A DNA stretch of 63,867 nt, filler included, from Lama guanicoe (GCA_013239625.1; 204 parts of 204 records of this genome joined end to end with filler, not necessarily neighbours in it), one strand, 5' to 3'. Counted from the whole stretch's first letter, positions 1-12,648 are shown. A program made the numbers and translations. Notes: a model not told the origin generated them from the sequence alone.

Positions 1-213
1 GTAAATAGCTTTCTTTTTGCTCAGGATTGAAGAAAATCCTTGATGATTGTCGTTAGCTCAGACTGAGGCAAAGGTCTAAAAATCTACCTGCCAGAGTTTA
101 CCTTTGGGTTTTGGCAATCTTCTTATTAAAGAAAATTGTGGTTTGAGTACAGAATCAGAGATGGAGATGATTAGAAATGGGGAAAGTCAGGGGGGAAGGG
201 ATGAGAATTTGGA

Positions 214-313
214 NNNNNNNNNNNNNNNNNNNNNNNNNNNNNNNNNNNNNNNNNNNNTTAATTAATTAANNNNNNNNNNNNNNNNNNNNNNNNNNNNNNN
301 NNNNNNNNNNNNN
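214..313. other. Artificial scaffold linker N44-TTAATTAATTAA-N44; first of about 203 copies, recurring every 313-314 nt to the end of the window
   Basis: An identical palindromic 12-mer is flanked by 44 N on each side between all contigs. TAA at offsets 2, 6 and 10 gives a stop in all six frames. The length arithmetic 89x313 + 115x314 - 100 = 63867 gives 204 contigs. Confidence 0.99.
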
Positions 314-939
314 TTTTATTTATGATACTGTAACAGAATGCACATGGAGATATTTCTGTCTTAGTAGTAGTGACAAGCACCTCCTCCCAAATAGAGATGC
401 TAGGTGCATCTATAGGACATGTTATGAGTTAGGAAAATGGATTACGCTCTTCTGACATCTCATGCCTCATTCTTCTATATATATATAAATACAAGAAATT
501 AAAGAGAATTTGGTTCTTTGAAGAATNNNNNNNNNNNNNNNNNNNNNNNNNNNNNNNNNNNNNNNNNNNNTTAATTAATTAANNNNNNNNNNNNNNNNNN
601 NNNNNNNNNNNNNNNNNNNNNNNNNNTGTTCTAGGTTAAAAAACACTTCAGGGGCCTATCACCCAAATGTAAAGTGTATCATCTTGTTAGTACCAAAATT
701 GAAAGGAATTACTGTAAAAAGCCGTTTTTGAGAAAACTGGGAAAATCTGAGCAAGCATTAGCTTGGCGACAATAGTAAGGACTCACTGTTTACTTTGTCA
801 CGCACTGTTAGGTAACTGAAAGGTCATTATGTTAAAAATNNNNNNNNNNNNNNNNNNNNNNNNNNNNNNNNNNNNNNNNNNNNTTAATTAATTAANNNNN
901 NNNNNNNNNNNNNNNNNNNNNNNNNNNNNNNNNNNNNNN

Positions 940-1152
940 AGAGAAAAGCAACTTGTCACATAAAAGGGTATATCCATAAGACTAATAAATGAATTTCTCA
1001 GCCCAAACCTTGCATATCAGAAGATAATGGGATGATATACTCAAAGTGTTAAAAGAGAAAAAAAAAACTTAATAACAAGGACTACTTTACCCAACAAAGC
1101 TCGTCATCTAAGATTAGGAACAGGACAAAGATCCTTACTCCTGACATTTCTA
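940..1152 (+). mobile_element. LINE-1 fragment, ORF1 3' region, degraded
   Basis: A-rich sequence agagaaaagcaacttgtcacataaaaggg...ccataagacta...gatatactcaaagtg...tacccaacaaagct follows the recalled L1 ORF1 C-terminal pattern. Confidence 0.6.
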
Positions 1153-1565
1153 NNNNNNNNNNNNNNNNNNNNNNNNNNNNNNNNNNNNNNNNNNNNTTAA
1201 TTAATTAANNNNNNNNNNNNNNNNNNNNNNNNNNNNNNNNNNNNNNNNNNNNAGCTCAGCTCCTACCCCCACCCCCGTGAGGCATCTCGGGAGCCGGCCC
1301 GTGCTAGGGCCAGCAGAGCCCTGCCCTGCGCTGCGGTCCAGCCTGGCAGCAAGGGACGGACCCCAGGCTTGTCCGGGCCGGGCTATCGTGGGTGGAATCT
1401 TAGTTGAGTCAGGAATCAGGAGGCAGTGTCACATGGCTGTTAAGAACATGGGCTTTGGAATCTGGNNNNNNNNNNNNNNNNNNNNNNNNNNNNNNNNNNN
1501 NNNNNNNNNTTAATTAATTAANNNNNNNNNNNNNNNNNNNNNNNNNNNNNNNNNNNNNNNNNNNN

Positions 1566-1778
1566 CAGTTACACACGTTACGTATATCGACAAGAATTAG
1601 CAGCGTCCCTCCTCGGCTTTACTTCCAGGGGAAGCTGAAGAGATTTACAGCAGATTTGTCAAGATCATGAGGAATTTATGTCCAACCTTAGATCCTGAAT
1701 CCTTAATGATCAACTTCGAGAAAGGAAGTATCATAGCTTTCTCTAAGACATGCCCAAATACGACCATGACCATTAACC
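1566..1778 (+). mobile_element. MULE/MuDR (Ricksha-like) DNA transposase relic
   Basis: From 1619 it reads LLPGEAEEIYSRFVKIMRNLCPTLDPESLMINFEKGSIIAFSKTCPNT, matching the MULE pattern LLPxKxxxxY...CPxLxPxxxxxDFExxxxxAFxxxFP. The upstream QLHTL...SVP is in another frame (frameshift), and DFE has become NFE. Confidence 0.7.
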
Positions 1779-2504
1779 NNNNNNNNNNNNNNNNNNNNNN
1801 NNNNNNNNNNNNNNNNNNNNNNTTAATTAATTAANNNNNNNNNNNNNNNNNNNNNNNNNNNNNNNNNNNNNNNNNNNNTTCTGGGTCTGGGCTTTGGCGA
1901 CTTGGGAACATTACAGCAATTCATCAAACAGAAACTGCCGGTCCCGGATTTACATCTGTGGCACCGCGGTTTCCCATTGGCTGTTTAAGACGGGGACATG
2001 AAATAGTGAGAGTATTTGCCCGCTTTTCTGGCTTCTTCAAAATCGGAGCAGCCATGAAAAACCAGAGAGGAGAGCACACACAGCCCTTTTCNNNNNNNNN
2101 NNNNNNNNNNNNNNNNNNNNNNNNNNNNNNNNNNNTTAATTAATTAANNNNNNNNNNNNNNNNNNNNNNNNNNNNNNNNNNNNNNNNNNNNAAGGGAAGT
2201 TTCTCCTCCAGTACATCTTCCATATTCAATCACTGTCCGTTCAACATCAAGGCACACTCTCAAGAGCTGGAGCAGGATTACATTGAGGCTAATGAAGCTG
2301 CTAGGGTGCACAGCTTAAGGCGGCACTCACGTGGGGCCTTGCAACTTTACCAGGATGGTGTGCCAGTGTCTTTGTCTTGTCTTCTGGACAGGTCAAAACT
2401 GGAANNNNNNNNNNNNNNNNNNNNNNNNNNNNNNNNNNNNNNNNNNNNTTAATTAATTAANNNNNNNNNNNNNNNNNNNNNNNNNNNNNNNNNNNNNNNN
2501 NNNN

Positions 2505-2717
2505 AAATCAGAGTTCTATGAAAACTGCGCTGCTACAGCCAATATTAATCAGCAACAGAATATTCAAATCACCTACGAACAATTGACTGGGGAAGGTCGA
2601 TACCAGGATACTAACTCTCAGTTAGGATATTTGCCCGGAGCCTATCCTCAAATAAATGCAGCAGCATCAAAAGCATGGAAAAGGCTGCCAAATTCCGAAC
2701 GCAAAACAGAAGATTTA
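2505..2717 (+). mobile_element. gag: Endogenous betaretrovirus gag (capsid) fragment, JSRV/ENTV-like; open across the whole contig
   Basis: 71 stop-free codons: KSEFYENCAATANINQQQNIQITYEQLTGEGRYQDTNSQLGYLPGAYPQINAAASKAWKRLPNSERKTEDL. The motifs KSE..E.C, LxGEGxYQ, LPGAYxQI, AWKxLP and KTEDL recall JSRV capsid just upstream of the major homology region. Confidence 0.85.
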
Positions 2718-3130
2718 NNNNNNNNNNNNNNNNNNNNNNNNNNNNNNNNNNNNNNNNNNNNTTAATTAATTAANNNNNNNNNNNNNNNNNNNNNNNNNNN
2801 NNNNNNNNNNNNNNNNNCTTTCAAGTTTTCAAGAATGCTTGTAAACTCTGGAATATGTCAGTTAGTCCTGGCTTGGCCTGGAGGATGTTCTGGCATCTGC
2901 TCCAGGCCTCTGCTGTCTCCTCATTTCCCCTGCCAGGAGGACTCGCCTATATCCTGACTCCATTAACTATAACCATATTTTACCCACACACAATCAACCC
3001 CTGAGACACCAAACCACAGTGTTCCTTTGTNNNNNNNNNNNNNNNNNNNNNNNNNNNNNNNNNNNNNNNNNNNNTTAATTAATTAANNNNNNNNNNNNNN
3101 NNNNNNNNNNNNNNNNNNNNNNNNNNNNNN

Positions 3131-3343
3131 TTTTTTTTTTTAGAGTCCACATGAGCGATCACATATGGTATTTTTCTTTCTCTTTCTGGCACTTAGAATG
3201 ACATTCTCCAGCTCAATATGAAAAAAACAAACAACCGAATTAAGAAATGGGCAGAAGACCTAAATAGACATTTTTCCAAAGAAAACATATAGAGGGCCAA
3301 CAGGCACATGAAAAGATGCTCAACATCACTAATTATTTGAGAA
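3131..3343. mobile_element. LINE-1 with a 5'-inversion junction near 3209-3211
   Basis: An antisense L1 3' segment (ttagagtccacatg...gaatgacattctccag) is fused to a sense ORF2 segment (ctcaat...aaatgggcagaagacctaaatagacatt...aagatgctcaacatcac). Confidence 0.75.
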
Positions 3344-6300
3344 NNNNNNNNNNNNNNNNNNNNNNNNNNNNNNNNNNNNNNNNNNNNTTAATTAATTAAN
3401 NNNNNNNNNNNNNNNNNNNNNNNNNNNNNNNNNNNNNNNNNNNGAGTGTTTATCTGGAGAGCTGGGCTCCCGCTGGGCCCCTCCCAGCCGCCTCTCTGAG
3501 TCAGAGCTGCTCCCATCCCTCCTTGGCCACGACCTTGTCTGCCCCTGTTACACCCTGGGACACACGGTCTCTGTCCCGTGAGGGTCACATGCCCCCCTTT
3601 GCCAGAACCTCTCCGGGAGAAGCTGTGCAGGTGGAGGGGGCTCAGGGTGGCCCCAGNNNNNNNNNNNNNNNNNNNNNNNNNNNNNNNNNNNNNNNNNNNN
3701 TTAATTAATTAANNNNNNNNNNNNNNNNNNNNNNNNNNNNNNNNNNNNNNNNNNNNACCCTGAGGGACTGGGAGGCTGGGCTGGGCTGAGATGATGACAA
3801 AGCCATTTAGGTGGCTTCTGCCATAGAAAGTGGGGTTAGGTAGTTTAAACTTGCAAAATAGGTACATGTATTCACTAGTTATATGGGAAGATTTCCTTAA
3901 ATGAATCATCATTTCAGAAAATTTCAGGGACTGAAAAAATGCTCTAATCAAAAAGCTGATGTAAGCATTNNNNNNNNNNNNNNNNNNNNNNNNNNNNNNN
4001 NNNNNNNNNNNNNTTAATTAATTAANNNNNNNNNNNNNNNNNNNNNNNNNNNNNNNNNNNNNNNNNNNNACCAGGAGCCAGCCTCAGCTTCCCGCCTGTG
4101 AAGTGGGGTGCCCGTGCCGGTGACCCCTCCGAGGACCCCCGTGGCCACGGTCAGGGGGCTGAGTGCGTAAGTGACGCTCTGAGGCAGAAATGCCAGAGGA
4201 CGGGGGCCGGCGCTGGTCGCCGGGTGCACGGACGCTGCCCCCAGTTGGGGATCCACGACTGGGCGACCCCACGGCCAGGTGANNNNNNNNNNNNNNNNNN
4301 NNNNNNNNNNNNNNNNNNNNNNNNNNTTAATTAATTAANNNNNNNNNNNNNNNNNNNNNNNNNNNNNNNNNNNNNNNNNNNNTTTCTCTCATCTGGGCTG
4401 ACAAGGGCTGCTCTTGGCATCGGTGTCCCTTTAAGTCTGACTAAGTGCAGTGGCTGACCCTGCCCTGGGACCTTTTGCCAGCGGTACCCATTGGACACCC
4501 AGCTTCACCGTGAAGTGAGCTTTCCTGGGAGTGCAGGGCCAGAGAGACCCCCTTGTCACGGGAAGGGCTGCCGACGCTGAACACACTGACCTATTNNNNN
4601 NNNNNNNNNNNNNNNNNNNNNNNNNNNNNNNNNNNNNNNTTAATTAATTAANNNNNNNNNNNNNNNNNNNNNNNNNNNNNNNNNNNNNNNNNNNNGATAT
4701 GATCTTTCTTTCCTGTCAGTAAAGCTTCCAGAAGATGATTTTAGGAATTTTAATAAAGCCTCAAGTGATGCCTTACAGCCCAGCACTGTGTTTTCCAAGT
4801 TGCATGTCACTGAAAACTACGGCATCCCTCAGAAGAATCCTGAGTCACAAAAGTCTGGAAAACACTGCACAGTAGAACGTTGTCTTGAAGACTTCTACTG
4901 CACATTTGNNNNNNNNNNNNNNNNNNNNNNNNNNNNNNNNNNNNNNNNNNNNTTAATTAATTAANNNNNNNNNNNNNNNNNNNNNNNNNNNNNNNNNNNN
5001 NNNNNNNNGCTGCGGTGGGAAGACGCAGGAGAGCCGCTGGGCTCCCCCGGTGCTCAGGGCACCCACGCTCCGTCAGGTCCGCGTGGCACACGCCCCTCTC
5101 CTTCTCCCAAGAACCCAATCTGAGGAATTCTAATGACCACTACTTCCCAAGGCTCAAAGCAAGCGATGCAGTTATGGCTTCACCCTTGTGACTGGATCAC
5201 AGAGTGCTCTGCTCTGCTTCGNNNNNNNNNNNNNNNNNNNNNNNNNNNNNNNNNNNNNNNNNNNNTTAATTAATTAANNNNNNNNNNNNNNNNNNNNNNN
5301 NNNNNNNNNNNNNNNNNNNNNTTTAACTTCAGCCTAAATATTAAAGCATTACGTATTCACTATGTTTAGGGTAAAAGTTTATCATCTTTTTAAAAACTGG
5401 ATTCTCTTTCTTCCTGTGCTAAAGAGAACAGCCTGACTAGTATACAGGTGGAGGCTTTCCTTAAACAGGGAGCAGAGGTAGGAATGTGACAGAGAGGTAG
5501 AATCCCAAGCTATGGGAATTAGAGGAGAAATTTANNNNNNNNNNNNNNNNNNNNNNNNNNNNNNNNNNNNNNNNNNNNTTAATTAATTAANNNNNNNNNN
5601 NNNNNNNNNNNNNNNNNNNNNNNNNNNNNNNNNNCATTTCAGTATCAAAATCAAAATGAAGTCTTTATGTGCTCATTATAAAAGACTTCTTCTATTTAAA
5701 ATATTCCCAGGAAGTAATTATAGCTCAAGTAAAATCAATGTTATTGGTGAGAAATGAACATCAAATACTCATACCAAAATCTTGACATCATATTTCCTAT
5801 GCAAAGTATCTCAATATACTTGTTTTGCCCTATAAAGTTTAATTTTTNNNNNNNNNNNNNNNNNNNNNNNNNNNNNNNNNNNNNNNNNNNNTTAATTAAT
5901 TAANNNNNNNNNNNNNNNNNNNNNNNNNNNNNNNNNNNNNNNNNNNNTTTTTTTTTAACTTTTCCTGTCTTTATGTGTATTTTAGAGGTAAGATGGGGGA
6001 AAACACCAGATATTGCTATTCATATTAGAAATCGACATGCTTTTTACAGAGTTTGTCCAGTAGTCACAATGGAAAGTGAAAACTCTGCTGCTCTCTTGAT
6101 AATTTGTATAAAATACAAAATAAATTTTGTCACATGTCCCAAAAATGTTTAAAAAATTGANNNNNNNNNNNNNNNNNNNNNNNNNNNNNNNNNNNNNNNN
6201 NNNNTTAATTAATTAANNNNNNNNNNNNNNNNNNNNNNNNNNNNNNNNNNNNNNNNNNNNAAGCCCATCACTTCCCCAAGGCTAAGCAACTACCTGCGTG

Positions 6301-7512
6301 GCAGAGCGCACAGGGCCCGGAGGCCGGACCTGCCCAACACGGGGCGGGGCAGCGGGGGGGCTGGTCTGAAGACCGTTCTGGGTGCATGTGTTAGCAGTGA
6401 AGAAGGAGCAGGGAGTTTGTGAAGTGCCAAATTGAAATGGAGCATGGAAGGATAGGAGGCGTCCTCCGTATTGNNNNNNNNNNNNNNNNNNNNNNNNNNN
6501 NNNNNNNNNNNNNNNNNTTAATTAATTAANNNNNNNNNNNNNNNNNNNNNNNNNNNNNNNNNNNNNNNNNNNNGTGGACATATAGCCTTCTACAGGATAT
6601 GTGCTTGCTGCTTTTCCTCTAGTGCAGTATCCAATGTATTTATGTTAGAATTTTTTCCTTTGTCCGCTGCTTCGTCCTATGTGGTAACTACAGTATGACG
6701 TCATTGGCATCGTCATCATCATCACCATCAGAAAATACAGCATGAACTTTGAGCCAACGTTAGTTTGCATGTCGTTAGCTGCCAACNNNNNNNNNNNNNN
6801 NNNNNNNNNNNNNNNNNNNNNNNNNNNNNNTTAATTAATTAANNNNNNNNNNNNNNNNNNNNNNNNNNNNNNNNNNNNNNNNNNNNAGCAACTAAAACTG
6901 CAACTAAAACTGCAGGTTGAAAGGAGTTGTTTCTGAATAGTAAGAATGTGAAGATACGGGACATAGGACAATAGCTTCTCAAAATCAGCTCTTCTCTGCC
7001 ACAGGATTTTCTAGTTATGTTTACATGCTAGTTTGATTAAAAATAAGACATTTTAAACATTAAATGGACTTAAGAAAATGTGTGATTTTAAAGATTCAAN
7101 NNNNNNNNNNNNNNNNNNNNNNNNNNNNNNNNNNNNNNNNNNNTTAATTAATTAANNNNNNNNNNNNNNNNNNNNNNNNNNNNNNNNNNNNNNNNNNNNG
7201 GAAAATGAACCTGTTATTTCCATGCATTTAAGTTTCACAGACATTAATCAAATGGGTAAGGCACGTTGGCAAAAAAAAAAAAAAAGTAGTAGCAAATATT
7301 AGGCAATTAAATAATTACTAAAGCAAAAGGTATATTTTAGTGGAAATAGCATTGTAGGAGAGTCAAGAGATCAAGTTTCTACTTCTTATTTCTGCCTAAT
7401 ATGCTTATGTGTNNNNNNNNNNNNNNNNNNNNNNNNNNNNNNNNNNNNNNNNNNNNTTAATTAATTAANNNNNNNNNNNNNNNNNNNNNNNNNNNNNNNN
7501 NNNNNNNNNNNN

Positions 7513-8038
7513 AATCTTAATGTGTGAGGAGACACGCTCTTCTCTATTCCCCTGCCTCACCAATTTACTCTGCAGATTGGCAAAATCTTTAGAGGCTGAA
7601 CAGTAGAATCCAGGATGAGTATTTGCATGAAGATATTGTCCTGAGAGAAAAAGAGAACAGCTGGGGATAAAAGGGGAGAGGGAAGGAAAAGGGAAAGCTC
7701 CATCAAGAGACAGAAGAAAGGGAAGNNNNNNNNNNNNNNNNNNNNNNNNNNNNNNNNNNNNNNNNNNNNTTAATTAATTAANNNNNNNNNNNNNNNNNNN
7801 NNNNNNNNNNNNNNNNNNNNNNNNNAATCTTAATGTGTGAGGAGACACGCTCTTCTCTATTCCCCTGCCTCACCGATTTACTCTGCAGATTGGCAAAATT
7901 TTTAGAGGCTGAACAGTAGAATCCGGGATGAGTATTTGCATGAAGATACTGTCCTGAGAGAAAAAGAGAACAGCTGGGGATAAAAGGGAAGAGGGAAGGA
8001 AAAGGGAAAGCTCCATCAAGAGACAGAAGAAAGGGAAG
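7513..8038. repeat. Near-identical contig pair 7513-7725 / 7826-8038
   Basis: 5 substitutions, with 49 identical bases at each end. Confidence 0.97.
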
Positions 8039-8451
8039 NNNNNNNNNNNNNNNNNNNNNNNNNNNNNNNNNNNNNNNNNNNNTTAATTAATTAANNNNNN
8101 NNNNNNNNNNNNNNNNNNNNNNNNNNNNNNNNNNNNNNACCAGATTCCTCACTTCTCTGTGCCTCAGATGCCACTCTATAAAGGGGGAAAAAGAGTAATA
8201 CTGATCATCTGACGAAGTGTAAAGTGCTTATCATGGCGCAGGCTTGGCTCACGGCTCTCGTGGCCCGGATGGGAGAAGGGTCTGGTCTCTCACACACAAC
8301 CTTCCCTGCACTTGCCCCTCTGGTGTTAGCAATGGAGGAGGGGGTGGACACNNNNNNNNNNNNNNNNNNNNNNNNNNNNNNNNNNNNNNNNNNNNTTAAT
8401 TAATTAANNNNNNNNNNNNNNNNNNNNNNNNNNNNNNNNNNNNNNNNNNNN

Positions 8452-8610
8452 ATTCTCTACTGCAGAGCACAGGGAACTGTATTCTGTATCTTGCAGTAAC
8501 GTATAATGAAAAAGAATATGAAAGTGGATATATGTGTATGTGTGACTGAAACATTGTGCTGTACATTAGAAATGAACACACTGTAATGAGCTATACTTCA
8601 ATTAAAAAAG
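8452..8610 (+). mobile_element. LINE-1 3' terminus with A-rich tail (cetartiodactyl/camelid type)
   Basis: agagcacagggaactgtatt...gaaaaagaatatg...ctatacttcaattaaaaaag; the same terminus recurs near 23476, 29746 and 56119. Confidence 0.8.
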
Positions 8611-10016
8611 AATGCAAAAAAAAAGAAGAGGCTCCTTGTCCAAGGTCACAGTGTTAATAACTTGNNNNNNNNNNNNNNNNNNNNNNNNNNNNNNNNNNNN
8701 NNNNNNNNTTAATTAATTAANNNNNNNNNNNNNNNNNNNNNNNNNNNNNNNNNNNNNNNNNNNNATGAAGAAATAGCCAAAGCCAAAATGAGGAGGATTC
8801 TGTACAATAGTGCATGTTCTCCTTGAAATGGCCATGAAGATCTTTAAAAGGCTGAGGGGACTGGCTGGGGATAGAAGAGACTAAGTTAGCATGACAACAG
8901 AATATTTGTAATCCTGGATTACATCCTGCATAAGAAAATAAAATTAGCTACAAAGGACACTGTTGGGATGATTGACANNNNNNNNNNNNNNNNNNNNNNN
9001 NNNNNNNNNNNNNNNNNNNNNTTAATTAATTAANNNNNNNNNNNNNNNNNNNNNNNNNNNNNNNNNNNNNNNNNNNNACAGAGGCTCATCCACCAGCCAC
9101 CAGGATGCCACTTTCATTATCATACATGTTGCTGGCTGCAATAAAAGTCTTTAATTAAGACATGAGTATTCAAATGGTAAATGCTGGAAAGGGTGTGGAA
9201 AACAGGGAACACTTGTACTCTGCTGGTGGGAACGTACAGCAATTATGGAAAACGGTATGGAGATTCCTCAAAAGACTAAAAATAGACTTANNNNNNNNNN
9301 NNNNNNNNNNNNNNNNNNNNNNNNNNNNNNNNNNTTAATTAATTAANNNNNNNNNNNNNNNNNNNNNNNNNNNNNNNNNNNNNNNNNNNNTTTTTTGTAT
9401 AGTGAAATATAACCTACATATAGGAATGTTCATAAGAAAAACAGCAAAATTGTTACACAAAGCAAGCACTCAGGTAACTGCCACCTGGGACAATAAGTTA
9501 AACATTTGTCAGTATCTTATTTTGTACATTTGCCCCAGCCTAGTAATAACACTGCTCTTTAAAGGTAATCACTATTCTGTCATTAAGTAACCACTTCTTT
9601 GTTNNNNNNNNNNNNNNNNNNNNNNNNNNNNNNNNNNNNNNNNNNNNTTAATTAATTAANNNNNNNNNNNNNNNNNNNNNNNNNNNNNNNNNNNNNNNNN
9701 NNNCGCAGACATCAAATGGGTTTTGAGATTCTGAACACTTTCCCTTTCAATCTTTTGGCTCTTCTGCCCCATGGTTGGGGGGGTGCCCCCTTCTCAGTCA
9801 CTGTTCATGGAACGAGGATGCATCACCTCAAAGCTACGTGGATGAGAGGCATTTTGTTTGGTGGATCTGTGTTTGGGACCCTCCAGTCAAGTGCAGGGAG
9901 AGTTGCCCCAAGTTCGNNNNNNNNNNNNNNNNNNNNNNNNNNNNNNNNNNNNNNNNNNNNTTAATTAATTAANNNNNNNNNNNNNNNNNNNNNNNNNNNN
10001 NNNNNNNNNNNNNNNN

Positions 10017-10229
10017 ACAACAGCCTCTACCACTGCCTCTATTCACTACCACTGTGAATGTTGCTCTATTTTCTTACTTTCTTTTTAAAAATTACACTCC
10101 AGAGGAAAGTTGTCTGTAAGAACTGTATCCAGTTTCTCTTAACCTTTTCTCTCCTTCATTTAATCCAATCAGAATTTCACGCCCCCACCACCCACACCCC
10201 AGCAAAAGTGCTGTTGTTAAGACATCAAT
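10017..10229. repeat. Near-identical to contig 11582-11794
   Basis: 4 substitutions, with 49-nt identical flanks. Confidence 0.97.
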
Positions 10230-11268
10230 NNNNNNNNNNNNNNNNNNNNNNNNNNNNNNNNNNNNNNNNNNNNTTAATTAATTAANNNNNNNNNNNNNNN
10301 NNNNNNNNNNNNNNNNNNNNNNNNNNNNNTTAATACCTTTCCCCTGAGCTAGAGAGCTAGTCTGTTTTCAAAAGTTCAATAAAATATCTACATTTCCTTT
10401 TCTCTTAAAAAAAAGGCATTAGCTCATGTTTCTCTTTAGTATCACCTGTAAATAAAATGTGATTTTATTAACCATTTACCAAAGTGTTAAGGTTAATAAA
10501 TATCAAGTACAGATTTCTGAAGCATCAGTCATCACTGAAGATNNNNNNNNNNNNNNNNNNNNNNNNNNNNNNNNNNNNNNNNNNNNTTAATTAATTAANN
10601 NNNNNNNNNNNNNNNNNNNNNNNNNNNNNNNNNNNNNNNNNNAAATTTTAAAAAAGGTACCCTAAGGCTGAGGGGAGGAAAGAATGGGGAGTAACTGCTT
10701 AATAGGTATGGGATTCATTTTGGGGTGATGAAAATATCTGGGAACAAGATAGAGGTGGTAGTTGTAGATGTATTAAATGCACTGAATCAAACCGTTCACC
10801 TTAAAACAGTTAAATTTATATTATGTGAATTGCATTTCAAATAAATAAATAAATANNNNNNNNNNNNNNNNNNNNNNNNNNNNNNNNNNNNNNNNNNNNT
10901 TAATTAATTAANNNNNNNNNNNNNNNNNNNNNNNNNNNNNNNNNNNNNNNNNNNNCTGAGGATGAAATGAGCTAAAATGTGCATAGTGCTGAGAATATAG
11001 TAGACACCTAAATAGGATTCATTATTCTTTGTTTTGTTATTTATCTGAATCTTCTGATTTTTCCAGGTGAAAATGTACCATTTTTGTTTTTTTTAAAAAA
11101 GTTTTAAAAGAGTCCCTGAGCTGCTAGGGATTATTCAAAGCTACACTGGTTTGTAGCCACCAGGGAGTNNNNNNNNNNNNNNNNNNNNNNNNNNNNNNNN
11201 NNNNNNNNNNNNTTAATTAATTAANNNNNNNNNNNNNNNNNNNNNNNNNNNNNNNNNNNNNNNNNNNN

Positions 11269-11481
11269 ATATATAATGCATACATATGTAATATAAAGTA
11301 TATATATTATATAGTAATACATAGTATTACATATTATATATTTAATTCCTCATATGTATTATATATAATATGTACATATATAGTATATATTATACAGTAT
11401 ATGGTATATATATTATATAGTGATATGTAGTATATGTTATATACAATACATTCATATAGAGGAGAAAGAGAGAGAGAGAGA
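11269..11481. repeat. Degenerate (TA)n low-complexity tract ending in (AG)n
   Basis: Seen directly in the sequence. Confidence 0.9.
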
Positions 11482-12596
11482 NNNNNNNNNNNNNNNNNNN
11501 NNNNNNNNNNNNNNNNNNNNNNNNNTTAATTAATTAANNNNNNNNNNNNNNNNNNNNNNNNNNNNNNNNNNNNNNNNNNNNACAACAGCCTCTACCACTG
11601 CCTCTATTCACTACCACTGTGAATGTTGCTGTATTTTCTTACTTTCTTTTTAAAAATTACACTCCAGAGGAAAGCTGTCTGTAAGAACTGTATCCAGTTT
11701 CTCTTATCCTTTTCTCTCCTTCATTTAATCCAATCAGAATTTCATGCCCCCACCACCCACACCCCAGCAAAAGTGCTGTTGTTAAGACATCAATNNNNNN
11801 NNNNNNNNNNNNNNNNNNNNNNNNNNNNNNNNNNNNNNTTAATTAATTAANNNNNNNNNNNNNNNNNNNNNNNNNNNNNNNNNNNNNNNNNNNNTTTTTT
11901 CTGTGCTTTTTGTGACATATCCAATAAATCACTGAAGAATCCAATGTCATGCAACTTTGCCCTTGTGGTTTCTTCAAAGAGTTTATAGTTTGCTGCCCTA
12001 CATTTAGATCTTTCATCTGTTTGGAGTTAATTTTGTGTATGGTATAAAGTGAAGGTCTGATTTTTTTTTTTTTTTTGCATGTTGGGATCCAGTTTTTCCC
12101 AAGATCANNNNNNNNNNNNNNNNNNNNNNNNNNNNNNNNNNNNNNNNNNNNTTAATTAATTAANNNNNNNNNNNNNNNNNNNNNNNNNNNNNNNNNNNNN
12201 NNNNNNNAGCCCTGTGGTCCTGCGCTCGGCCCCTGCACCACTGAGGCTCACCGGCTCTGCGACCCTGCAGCTGCTCTCCAGTGTGTTCCTTACTTGTTCA
12301 GTAACTCTTCCAAGTCTTCCTCTGCTCTCACCAACCATTTCCAACCACGGTTGGCTATCCTTTATTCCAGCAGAGATTTTATTGCTTCAGTTCTTGTGTT
12401 TCTTTTCATGCCCCCTGGATNNNNNNNNNNNNNNNNNNNNNNNNNNNNNNNNNNNNNNNNNNNNTTAATTAATTAANNNNNNNNNNNNNNNNNNNNNNNN
12501 NNNNNNNNNNNNNNNNNNNNCCGCCGATCGCAGCACAGGAGCCACCGCCGCCGCCGCGGTTGATGTGGTTGGCCCAGGGCTGAGGAGGCCGCCAAG

Positions 12597-12648
12597 ATGC
12601 CGCAGTCCAAGTCCCGGAAGATCGCGATCCTGGGCTACCGGTCTGTGG
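12597..12648 (+). CDS. RHEB: RHEB (Ras homolog, mTORC1 binding), coding part of exon 1
   Basis: gccaagATG then MPQSKSRKIAILGYRSV-G, the RHEB N-terminus, followed by the donor G|GTGAGT at 12649. It lies in CpG-island contig 12521-12733. The intron argues against a retrocopy. Confidence 0.96.

Noticed and set aside
258..269. TTAATTAATTAA as piggyBac target sites, PacI sites or homeodomain sites
   Set aside because: It always sits exactly at the centre of a 100-nt gap, so it was inserted computationally.
2192..2404. Open 71-codon frame KGSFSSSTSSIFNHCPF...
   Set aside because: No recognisable motif or splice sites; an open frame of this length is expected by chance in a fair fraction of 213-bp contigs.
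6695..6704. CRE palindrome ATGACGTCAT
   Set aside because: An isolated motif with no promoter context.
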